NCBI GenBank assembly: GCA_964291315.2
Contig: OZ219750.1
Span: forward strand, 32,001 to 96,000
DNA: 64,000 nt
Direction: 5' to 3'
Source of the DNA: Candidatus Poribacteria bacterium
GTDB lineage: Bacteria > Poribacteria > WGA-4E > WGA-3G
A model generated the notes under the pieces. That model did no database searches, was not told where the DNA came from, and worked only from the letters and a program-made list of their open reading frames with translations. Below, in pieces: positions 30,789-39,967 of this stretch; position 1 is the first letter of the stretch; every line of letters starts with the position of its first letter. The translations under genes and the position numbers were made by a program.

Positions 30789-33700
30789 CTACCCCGCCTG
30801 TTCCGTTGGGCGATATTTTAGATAATCATCCAAATATGCTCCAACTTCTTCTTGATTTTGAAGATAATATAGGATCGTTGCGTAAACTTGTTCTAGTGTG
30901 AGTGTATAGTAGTGATCAGCGATGACCACTGGAGTTTTACTAGCGTGAATGTACTCGCAGAGGATAGTTTCAATACCTACCCGTGTTCCTTTAAGACGAA
31001 TATCATCTTCTGCCAAAAATTCAAAATTATTTTCAAGGGGGCAGATCTGTCGAAAATCCTGGATCCGTTTGAGAATACTGTTTTTAGTCGGTAAAAAAAG
31101 TATGTACCTATTTTGAATTCGGGACTCAAGTTGCTTCAATATCGTGTGTGTATTCCGTCCAAATGTAAGTCCGGTTAATAATCCTAACGTCAAGAATTCT
31201 TTTTGCCTGAAAAGGGCTGACGTGTCCCAAAGTTTAAAGAGAAAATCAGCTGTAACGTCTAATGCCGAATTTAAATTCATTCGTTCTGCTCCTAAGGCAA
31301 GCATAAAGCTGTTGTAAGGTTCGAGGAGTGTCCAGTTTGCTCGTTTTGCAATTTCCAATAGTAGGTCAGCATCGAACGCTGTATGATAGTAGCGAGAACA
31401 GACCAACTTTATGGTCATCTCATCGTAGTCAACTTTATCTAGGAGTTTTTGCTTAACGCAATGTTCCAGTAAAACTTGTGTCCACACACCGTCAATTTGA
31501 AAGTTGGTTGCTGTCTCCTTATTGAAATTTGTTTTTGCATAATGTCTGAGGTGTCCATCGTCCGAAAAAAGTAAGTGCCCTGGCTGGCTTGCAAGAAGGA
31601 TAGTGTCAAGGAAATGTTGTTGTAGCCTAGAATTGAGTTCTCTCCTGCGTAATTGGTTTATCTCTAAACCGACAGTGGCTTGCCCAATTTCACAGTTCTT
31701 TCTAATCCAATCAGTAATTTTTTTTAGATATTCTATTCCGTGTTTCGTTTCCTCAGGGTTGATAATTTGTTTTACATACCGATTTCCTTTTTTCCCAACT
31801 ATCATTCCCTCGCGCTTAGACCACATTCCCTCTCTTTCACTGATGATACGCTGTAATTCATCAATAGTCGATTGGGCAATGCAGAGCTTTCCAAAGGTGT
31901 CGACCACAATATTTGCTGCATCCAAACAGTGTAAAGTAATTAAGGAAATAATATCTACAACAAGTTTAAGGTTGTGTTGATTAAGTAGGCTAAGGGCATT
32001 ATTTCTTTCCTCAGTATTCCCTATGCTACACCTAATCCCTAATTTTGGGTTAGCCATCAGTGAACTCCATGTATCTAAACTATTACCACCGGCTAAGTTT
32101 GTAAAGAAACCGATTGTAAGGTATTTGTCCTGATATAGTTCTTCAATTTGGCGTATGATCTCGTATTGCTGATCAACCTTGTCTAACATTGGTCGAAATC
32201 TTTCTTTGTCATCGATTTCTGAAGAATCGTCTAGTTTAACTGTTTCCATACCTTCGTCCGTTGGGAACAGATGTTCGTATTTACGCAAACTCTCTTGATA
32301 GGCATAAGAGAATTTACTTTTGATACCAAGGATTTCTACAGTCTTTTTCCCTATTCTTACTACGACATTCTTCTGTTTTTTGAGTAATTTTTGAACGAGA
32401 GGGTCCTTCATATCGCGTTCATTACGTGTGATATCTGCATCATCACGTTCTTCAATGATATACCAGTCTTGATCGGAGATGTTGATTTGGACAGCTGTGT
32501 CTTTTTCTACTTGAGTAGGGTTTAGTATCTCACGGATTTCCTTTTCGACCGAATGGAAAACGGAGATATATTTAAGATGGGCATCAGGTTCATTGTAACG
32601 CATTCTACGCACTTCATACATGATTTTGAGTGCTTTTTGCGGTTTACTCTTTTGATGTAATAAGGCTAATTGGAAGGATCCTTCTAAAGGAAGCTCCTTA
32701 AGGAACGAAAAATTCTTGGAATCAGGGAGACTTTCCAACACATTATCAACTTCAGCCATTTTATTAGAACGAAAAAGGACCATTCCGAGGCGGATTTGCA
32801 TATCATAATCGGTTGGGAATTTGTTTAGATACTCTTTACATACCGTTTCGGCTTGTTTCATATCGCCAATTTCTTCATAAATCACGACTTCCATTACGGA
32901 AACGTTTTCAAGTGGTCCATATTTCTCGCGAAGTTTCTGACATATCCTAAGGGCTTTCGCAATTTCGCCGGAATTATAATAACTTTGCACTAACCATTGT
33001 GTCAATTGGGAGTTCTGATTTGTGTCGGCAATTTTTTCGTAGAGCGTTGCGGCTTCTTTAAATTGTTCGTGAATAAAAAGTTCTGCAGCTAATTCCACTA
33101 TTTCTAAGAAATCCTTGCTGTCTAACGTATAATTATATGCTTCTATAAGATGGGAAATAGCTTCGTCATTTTTCTTCTTCTTACTAGAAATTAAGGCAGC
33201 ATTAATAAGATTTAATACGCTTGTTGGAGAAGATTTTAGCATGGGGGTTAGTATTAGTTCGGCCTCTTTAATGCGTTCTGCGGCAATATGAACACGAACG
33301 AGCCAGCATTTTGCCTTGTCCTGTAATTCAGAAGAGGGGTTCGTCTTTAATAATGCATCAAGCTTTGTTATTGCTTCATCATAGCGTTTATCTGCGAAAA
33401 GAATATTGGCAACCAGTATCTGAGCCTCATAGATTTCTGGTTGGGATTGAATCTTTTCCAGAAAATCAATTGCCCTTTTTCGATCGCCTTGCTCAAATGC
33501 CAACAATGATCTATTTCTTAATAGCATAGAGTGGGCAGGTTCAATTTCTATAGCTGTGTCAAGGTCTTTAATTGCTGCTTCCGTCCTACCAAGAAGTTGT
33601 AATGCGGTACTCCTATTAATGATCCAGTCTGCCCGAGCAGTCCGTAACTCAGTGTCAGCGACACAATCCCATGCTGCCGATAGAAGTTCAACCGCTCGGT

Positions 33701-35036
33701 CTAATTGTTCCTCTTGCGAAGCGTCAATCTGCTGAGTGCACATATTAACATGATCCGCTAGTACCTGTTCAATCAAGATTGTAGCTAAGGAGGCTTTAAA
33801 AACGGGGGGATCTCCTTTTTCTACCGTGGTTTTCCCCCATTTTTTCGCCTCTTCAAAATTCCTACGTTGTTTTGCTAGGTTGCTGATGGCGGAGGCAATT
33901 TGTGGGCTATCTCGTAGATAGTCAGGCACTTTAGCAATTACTTCTGCAAGTGGTTCTTTCTCGGCAGAAATTCCCACAAGAATAGCGTAGGCATGTGTAT
34001 TTGCAGGATTTTTTTCTAGTGTCTGTTTTGCGTATTTTTCTGCATTTTCGGGATCTCCAAGTAATAGATGTGCCAAAGCCCGATTAGAAAGTGCACTTTC
34101 GTCCTCAGGATTATATTGAAATGCCTTAAGTAGCAATTTTGCTGATTCTTGTTCGTTATTAAGAGCGAGCTGAGCTGCTGCCATATTTGTTAAAATGCTA
34201 AACTTAAGACCCTCCGAAGCTCTTGCTCCGATACGTTTGTTTAGAATTTTTAATAATTCAAAAGCAGTCGTAGGTTTATGACTCTTAATTAATTCTTGTG
34301 CATTGCCTATTTCTGTTTGGTGTTCTTTTGCAACTTCGATTTCTACTAAATTGGAGATATTTACATCGAATTGAGATTTAACTTTGCTGACTAGATCTAA
34401 AGTGGCTTGTGTCTTTTGCTTAATCTCAACAGTATCATCCTTAATTTTTTCGGTGTCGCTTTTGATGGCTTGGATGTCTTGAGTTAAACGTTCATTAACT
34501 TCTAACTGCACTTGTTCAATTTTTTGCCAAAAGTCCTTTAGTCTGGAATTTAGGTTTGCTTGCTCAGTCGTCGTGTCTTGAATAAGCTCAAGTACAACTT
34601 GATTAAATGCTTCTTGTTTAAGCGAAAGTTGTTTATAAAAGTCAATAATTGCTCTTTCAATAATAGGGCGAATTCTTCGTTCAAAATCTGTTTTCGTTAA
34701 TGAATGATTAGGGACGATAAGACAATAGTGAAAGAGCGTTGTGATTTTCGCTATTTTTTCACTTTCATTTAATTGTGTGAATTGAACTTCATCAACATCC
34801 TTAAGTGAAGCAATAATTTTGTCAAGCTCGGCAGTATCTACATCAACCTTTTTTGGATCTGTCAGATCTGCGAAGTCAGATGCGTGTTGGTTCACTGCTT
34901 CAACAAAAGACTTTTTGAAAAGCTTTTCTGCCGTAGTTTTGTGGGAACGTTTGAGAGCAAAATTAATACCATCAACGATAGAAAATCCGGTCCCTATGAT
35001 ATTGTAAACCGAGAATGCTAAATTGAGTATTTCCAT
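30789..35036 (-). CDS. 1415-aa protein: helical NTD-coiled coil-TPR array-GreA/B-C-like-PIN, fused to C-terminal DUF433
   Basis: Many TPRs; VEKDTAV...DPLVQKLL...VEILGIKSKF; PIN acidic motifs LVVD, IDE, FLD and SDD; last ~82 aa FLAEDDIRLKGTRVGIETIL...LEQVYATILYY match DUF433. Confidence 0.8.
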   Translation of the reverse strand: MEILNLAFSVYNIIGTGFSIVDGINFALKRSHKTTAEKLFKKSFVEAVNQHASDFADLTDPKKVDVDTAELDKIIASLKDVDEVQFTQLNESEKIAKITTLFHYCLIVPNHSLTKTDFERRIRPIIERAIIDFYKQLSLKQEAFNQVVLELIQDTTTEQANLNSRLKDFWQKIEQVQLEVNERLTQDIQAIKSDTEKIKDDTVEIKQKTQATLDLVSKVKSQFDVNISNLVEIEVAKEHQTEIGNAQELIKSHKPTTAFELLKILNKRIGARASEGLKFSILTNMAAAQLALNNEQESAKLLLKAFQYNPEDESALSNRALAHLLLGDPENAEKYAKQTLEKNPANTHAYAILVGISAEKEPLAEVIAKVPDYLRDSPQIASAISNLAKQRRNFEEAKKWGKTTVEKGDPPVFKASLATILIEQVLADHVNMCTQQIDASQEEQLDRAVELLSAAWDCVADTELRTARADWIINRSTALQLLGRTEAAIKDLDTAIEIEPAHSMLLRNRSLLAFEQGDRKRAIDFLEKIQSQPEIYEAQILVANILFADKRYDEAITKLDALLKTNPSSELQDKAKCWLVRVHIAAERIKEAELILTPMLKSSPTSVLNLINAALISSKKKKNDEAISHLIEAYNYTLDSKDFLEIVELAAELFIHEQFKEAATLYEKIADTNQNSQLTQWLVQSYYNSGEIAKALRICQKLREKYGPLENVSVMEVVIYEEIGDMKQAETVCKEYLNKFPTDYDMQIRLGMVLFRSNKMAEVDNVLESLPDSKNFSFLKELPLEGSFQLALLHQKSKPQKALKIMYEVRRMRYNEPDAHLKYISVFHSVEKEIREILNPTQVEKDTAVQINISDQDWYIIEERDDADITRNERDMKDPLVQKLLKKQKNVVVRIGKKTVEILGIKSKFSYAYQESLRKYEHLFPTDEGMETVKLDDSSEIDDKERFRPMLDKVDQQYEIIRQIEELYQDKYLTIGFFTNLAGGNSLDTWSSLMANPKLGIRCSIGNTEERNNALSLLNQHNLKLVVDIISLITLHCLDAANIVVDTFGKLCIAQSTIDELQRIISEREGMWSKREGMIVGKKGNRYVKQIINPEETKHGIEYLKKITDWIRKNCEIGQATVGLEINQLRRRELNSRLQQHFLDTILLASQPGHLLFSDDGHLRHYAKTNFNKETATNFQIDGVWTQVLLEHCVKQKLLDKVDYDEMTIKLVCSRYYHTAFDADLLLEIAKRANWTLLEPYNSFMLALGAERMNLNSALDVTADFLFKLWDTSALFRQKEFLTLGLLTGLTFGRNTHTILKQLESRIQNRYILFLPTKNSILKRIQDFRQICPLENNFEFLAEDDIRLKGTRVGIETILCEYIHASKTPVVIADHYYTLTLEQVYATILYYLQNQEEVGAYLDDYLKYRPTEQAG

Positions 35037-35098
35037 CGATCTTCATCTCCTATCAGGGTTCTGTTTGATGTATGTTCACCCAATGATGTGCTTTTGTT

Positions 35099-35127
35099 AT
35101 TATAGTATATTTACGCGATTAGGTCAA
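35099..35127 (-). promoter_or_regulatory. Near-consensus sigma70 promoter for the TPR-PIN cassette
   Basis: TTGACC-17-TATAAT, with AGGAG RBS downstream. Confidence 0.75.
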
Positions 35128-35212
35128 GGCTTAGGAACCCGCACACGGAGGCATTTTATTTCTCTATTACAAATTTTTAGTAGTTTGTGCTACAAAAGTC
35201 TGCCTCAAGTTA

Positions 35213-36835
35213 CTAGAGTCCGAGTTGTGTTAATATTTCTTCTAAAGTTTTATCTGCCTGTTTACGGGCGTTGCGTGCTTCTGTTAAGTCTGCCAGAATT
35301 TCATTCACGGGTCGGTGTTCTATCTTGTCGCCTACATCTACGGATTGTGAAGGACTCAGGTTGTAATCATTTTTTTTTGCATCTTCTAGTGTGATAATGT
35401 TGCTCAACTTTTCGCGGATTTCCCACGCTTGGTAGACTTCTGTTGCAACGTTGATACCATCATCGGTCAGGATATTTTTCGGGTCGCCTTTCACAAAATG
35501 TTTGGAGAGGTTGATGAGCAGGATCTGGTTTTGGCGTTCCGGGGGTTTGCTGTGTTTCAGGAGCAAGACAATGCCGGGTGCGCTGGTATTATAAAACAGG
35601 TTCTCGGGTAGGAGGATTACGGCTTCGATGAGGTCTTCCTCAACAAATTTTTTACGAAGGTCGCGCTCCCGATGGGTCTGTTGACTCCCGGATCCGCGGG
35701 AAACTGCCCCGGTATCTAAGACAATTGCGGCGTGCCCGTCTTCTTTGAGAGAGGCGTGGATATGTTGCACCCATGCCCAGTCTGCGGATGAAGTTGGGGC
35801 AGCTCCGTACGTGAAACGTTTATAGGGGTCATTTGTGTAAAAAGAATTGTCGTACCCATCTTGATTCCACATAGGATTGGCAACGACATAGTCAAAACGT
35901 TGTAGCGTTGCGTTGTTTGTGAGAAAATGTGGATTACGGAAGGTATCACCGATACGGAATTCTGCGCCGATGAAATCGTGCAGGAAGGCGTTCATCTTTG
36001 CCATGGCGTAGGTTGTTGGTGTGAGCTCTTGCCCATAGATTTGTGGTGCCTGTCCTTTTTTATCGGGGTGATTCTGCTCAAAGAGGAGGCGTGGTTTGAT
36101 GAGCAAGCCTCCTGAGCCGCATGCTGGGTCATAGATAGTAGTGTACGGTTTGGGATTAAGGATGCGGGCCATGAGCCATCCGACCTCTTTAGGTGTATAG
36201 AATTCGCCTGCGCTCTGTCCTTGTCCTTCAGCGAATTTTCGAAGTAGGTATTCATAGGCGCGTCCGAGAATATCAGGTTCTGTGTCTTGCAATCCGAGTC
36301 GGTGTTGACTTATGACCTCAATGAGTTTTTCGAGTCGGTCGTCGTCAAGGATGCGCTGCCCGCTTTGCCGTTCGTTGAAATCCTCTACATCAAGGACACC
36401 TTGGAGTCTTGGGTTGAAATGTGTGGCTTGCCGCATGGCATCTGTAACAAATTCGCCTAAGTGACCATCTGCGGGATGGTTTCGGAGTGCTTCCCAACGG
36501 TATTGCTGCGGAATGTAAAAACGGACGATGGGCGAACGGTTATTCTTTAGCGCGTCCTTGTGATCGGCTTTGATAATGTCGTGTGTGAGTGCTTCGTCTC
36601 CTAATTCTTCAACCTGTTTTGCGAATTCGTCATCGAAAACATCGGAGAGACGTTTATAGAAGATGAGCGGCAGAATGAAGTCCTTGAATTTCGGTGCATC
36701 GGTTGTGCCACGAATGACACAAGCAGCATCCCATAACCAGTTTTCGAGAGTGGATATATCCAAGTGTTCTTTGTTCTTAGGTAGGTGCGGGGATGGGGTT
36801 TGGCTTGTGTCTGGTATAGGGTTCTTTTTTGGCAA
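35213..36835 (-). CDS. hsdM: Type I R-M N6-adenine methyltransferase
   Basis: LWDAAC, GEFYTP, DPACGSGG, and catalytic-motif variant NPMW. Confidence 0.95.
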   Translation of the reverse strand: MPKKNPIPDTSQTPSPHLPKNKEHLDISTLENWLWDAACVIRGTTDAPKFKDFILPLIFYKRLSDVFDDEFAKQVEELGDEALTHDIIKADHKDALKNNRSPIVRFYIPQQYRWEALRNHPADGHLGEFVTDAMRQATHFNPRLQGVLDVEDFNERQSGQRILDDDRLEKLIEVISQHRLGLQDTEPDILGRAYEYLLRKFAEGQGQSAGEFYTPKEVGWLMARILNPKPYTTIYDPACGSGGLLIKPRLLFEQNHPDKKGQAPQIYGQELTPTTYAMAKMNAFLHDFIGAEFRIGDTFRNPHFLTNNATLQRFDYVVANPMWNQDGYDNSFYTNDPYKRFTYGAAPTSSADWAWVQHIHASLKEDGHAAIVLDTGAVSRGSGSQQTHRERDLRKKFVEEDLIEAVILLPENLFYNTSAPGIVLLLKHSKPPERQNQILLINLSKHFVKGDPKNILTDDGINVATEVYQAWEIREKLSNIITLEDAKKNDYNLSPSQSVDVGDKIEHRPVNEILADLTEARNARKQADKTLEEILTQLGL

Positions 36836-37073
36836 TTGGGGGTTCCTTTATGAAATCGGATTTGTGTTACTTTATCATAAATTGGTTTGTGTTTCAAGTG
36901 TTTTTGGATCTATTTTGGGGGACCCCGCCTTCTATATTCCCCTTTTCAATGAAAGAAGTGAGCTTCGGCTCGCGGCTTGCTCATGAAATATGAGATCTGG
37001 ATCGAGTGATTAACTTGACGTGTATCATACCACATGTTAGGATAGTGGCAAAGTAGGAAGAGGAGACGGCAAT

Positions 37074-38849
37074 ATGACACTGATATCTATGTTAGAGCAT
37101 TCGATCCATCACTACGGCAGTAAACCGGCGTTGGCGCACAAACCTAAAGGTGGCACTTATCAAGATATTTCTTACGCGAAATTCGGTGAATGGGTGAGTG
37201 CCTTTGGCAGCGGGTTGAAGACTTTAGGGGTGCAAAAGGGTGATCGGGTGGCGCTCTTGTCCGAGAACCGCCCTGAGTGGGCAATTACCGACTTCGGCAG
37301 TCTGAAAGTGGGGGCGGTAACTGTACCAATGTTCTCAACGCTGACTTCGGCACAGGTCGGCTACATTCTAAATGACTCTGGGGCAAAAGTCTTATGTGTT
37401 TCTACGGAATCCCAATTGGACAAGGCGCTTTCAATCCGAGATGAGATGCCGGCTCTTGAACACGTAATTGTTTTTGATCCGATTGAAGGTCAGGCCCCGG
37501 AAAGTGTTATCCAATTTGAGGAAATCTGTAGTCGTGATGAAGGAGCGGTTGCTAGCGAGGAAATCAGGTTAAAAGAAGATGACATCGCAACGATTATCTA
37601 CACGTCTGGTACAACGGGCAATCCGAAGGGCGTTATGCTGACGCATGCGAATTTTATTTCAAACCTACAAGCGTGTAAATCGCTTATTGAGGTGTGTGAC
37701 ACGGATGTGTTGTTATCGTTTCTTCCATTATCGCATGTTTTTGAACGGCTCGGTGGACATTACGTACCCCTGTTTTCTGGTGCACAGGTGGCTTATGCGG
37801 AAAGTACTTTTACAGTCGCACGAAACATGCAGGAAGTTTCTCCAACAGTGATGTTGAGTGTGCCGCGTCTCTATGAGACGATGCACGACAGGGTGCTAAG
37901 TGCTGTGCAGGCAGGTTCACCCCTGAGACAGAAAATTTTCCGTTGGGGTGTCTCTGTCGGCTCAGCGGTGAGTTCAGCGATTCAGCAGGGCAAAAAACCG
38001 TCCGCAATCTTACGCTTGCAACAGGGCATTGCGGATAAGCTTGTCTTTGCGAAGTTGAAGGCAGCGACGGGCGGCAGACTCCGGTTTTTCGTTTCAGGTG
38101 GTGCAGCGTTGCCGCAAGCGATTGCTGAATTTTTCCATGCAGCGGGTATCTTAATTCTGGAGGGTTACGGCTTAACGGAAACCTCACCTGTTATTAGCCT
38201 GAACCACCCGGCGAAATGGAAGTTCGGCACTGTCGGTGTGCCGGTGCCAGGTGTGGAAGTGAAGATCGCTAAAGATGGCGAGATTTTAACACGGGGTCCA
38301 CATGTCATGAAAGGGTATTTCAACAACGAGGCTGCGACAGCAGAGGTCATCGATTCAGATGGATGGTTTCACACGGGAGACATCGGTTTGATTGACAGAG
38401 ATGGCTTCATTAAAATTACCGATAGAAAGAAGAATATTATTGTACTTTCAAACGGGAAGAATGTGGCCCCGCAACCGATAGAGAGTGAGCTGGTGCAAAG
38501 CCGTTTTATCAGTCAGATTATGTTGATAGGCAATGAGCGTAAAAATCTTGCAGCGCTGATTGTTCCGAATTTTGATGCACTCAAGGCGTGGGCATCTGAA
38601 AATGATGTTGAAAGGACAGACCCTTCAGAAATGCTCAAGACGAGGGACATCCAACAGCTTATTCAACGAGAGATTCGGAGTCGCTTGACGAATTTTTCAG
38701 ACTTTGAACAGGTCCGACGGTTTACACTACTTGAAAAGGAATTTTCGCAGGAAGCAGATGAGATGACACCTACCCTGAAGTTGAAGCGGAACGTCATTAT
38801 GAAAAAGTATAGGGACGTGATAGAGGCGATGTATCAGGAGGATGCTTAA
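37074..38849 (+). CDS. fadD: Long-chain fatty-acid-CoA ligase
   Basis: YTSGTTGNPKG, GYGLTE and TGDIG motifs; promoter TTGACG-17-TAGGAT at 37015-37043. Confidence 0.93.
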   Translation: MTLISMLEHSIHHYGSKPALAHKPKGGTYQDISYAKFGEWVSAFGSGLKTLGVQKGDRVALLSENRPEWAITDFGSLKVGAVTVPMFSTLTSAQVGYILNDSGAKVLCVSTESQLDKALSIRDEMPALEHVIVFDPIEGQAPESVIQFEEICSRDEGAVASEEIRLKEDDIATIIYTSGTTGNPKGVMLTHANFISNLQACKSLIEVCDTDVLLSFLPLSHVFERLGGHYVPLFSGAQVAYAESTFTVARNMQEVSPTVMLSVPRLYETMHDRVLSAVQAGSPLRQKIFRWGVSVGSAVSSAIQQGKKPSAILRLQQGIADKLVFAKLKAATGGRLRFFVSGGAALPQAIAEFFHAAGILILEGYGLTETSPVISLNHPAKWKFGTVGVPVPGVEVKIAKDGEILTRGPHVMKGYFNNEAATAEVIDSDGWFHTGDIGLIDRDGFIKITDRKKNIIVLSNGKNVAPQPIESELVQSRFISQIMLIGNERKNLAALIVPNFDALKAWASENDVERTDPSEMLKTRDIQQLIQREIRSRLTNFSDFEQVRRFTLLEKEFSQEADEMTPTLKLKRNVIMKKYRDVIEAMYQEDA

Positions 38850-38931
38850 GCAAGTTTTGATCATGTGTTTTTAACATAGAGAACAGACACGAAGCTTGGA
38901 AGTTGAGTAGCTGGTGCAAGTGCTATCGGAG

Positions 38932-39930
38932 TTACAGACCTCTCTCACGGGGGGCCATCACGATGAGTCCATCTTTGATTGTTTCAATTGTGACCGGTGT
39001 TTCGCACATGGGTTCGCCGTCAGCATAGAGCAGTAGCGGTGTCTCCGATTCAATTGTTAAAGTCGGAGATCTGTGTATAGAGACGGCAGGGTGTGAAACG
39101 TGTCCGCCCCAGAAGAGCGTTACTAAGAGCCGCAACACCGTCAGCGAGGAAACGGGACGGATAATGCAGACATCGAAAAGTCCGTCGTTGATTTGTGCGT
39201 TCGGGACGATCTGAAATCCGCCGCCATATCGGCTTGTGATGCCGGTAGCGGTAAGAAGGATTTCTCCGTTGTGAGTACCGAATTCACCTTCGAGACGCAC
39301 AACCGGGGGTTCGTAGTAAAATAGGGTTTCTACAGCAGCATAAGCATAGGATGTTGCGCCTGCAAACACGGGAGTTCCCTTTGAAGCGCGGCGACTCACT
39401 TCAGCGTCATAACCACAGGTGGCAATTGTGGTGAAATAGCATCCTGTAGGCTCTGCCTGATAGCTGGTAACCGGCGGGTGATTGCGGGTATTCTGATAGC
39501 TGACCGCAGATGGTTGACTGCTATGTTCTTGGGGGCTGATTGCTGCCTGATAGCAGCGTCCGAGATCTACGTGGATAGGGGTGTGGGATAAAAGGGTTTG
39601 GATTGCTGCCTCTGGCTTCAGTGGCACCCCGATAGCAGCTGCGAAGTCATTGCCGCGCCCACATGGTAGGACTCCGAGAATCACGTCTGGCAGGGTCGCT
39701 ATGCCGTTCACCACTTCATGAAGCGTCCCGTCGCCGCCGCAAGCGATTATGAATCTCACGCCATCGCAGGCGGCTTCGTGTGCTAAACGTTTGGCATCGC
39801 CAGAGTCTGAAGTGAATACCAATTGCCCGTGCTGTCCGGATTCAGTGAGCGCGGTGTATGCTTGTTCAGCAATGGTTTTTGATCTGCCTTTACCAGAGAT
39901 TGGGTTTGCGATCAAGATGAAGTCATTCAT
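38932..39930 (-). CDS. Diacylglycerol/lipid kinase family (YegS/BmrU-like)
   Basis: NPISG, GGDGT, GRGNDFA and DGE motifs; carries a ~33-aa low-complexity insertion. Confidence 0.9.
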   Translation of the reverse strand: MNDFILIANPISGKGRSKTIAEQAYTALTESGQHGQLVFTSDSGDAKRLAHEAACDGVRFIIACGGDGTLHEVVNGIATLPDVILGVLPCGRGNDFAAAIGVPLKPEAAIQTLLSHTPIHVDLGRCYQAAISPQEHSSQPSAVSYQNTRNHPPVTSYQAEPTGCYFTTIATCGYDAEVSRRASKGTPVFAGATSYAYAAVETLFYYEPPVVRLEGEFGTHNGEILLTATGITSRYGGGFQIVPNAQINDGLFDVCIIRPVSSLTVLRLLVTLFWGGHVSHPAVSIHRSPTLTIESETPLLLYADGEPMCETPVTIETIKDGLIVMAPRERGL

Positions 39931-39967
39931 AGGTGTTAATTGTTGTTGGTTTTGAGCGAACGCAAAA

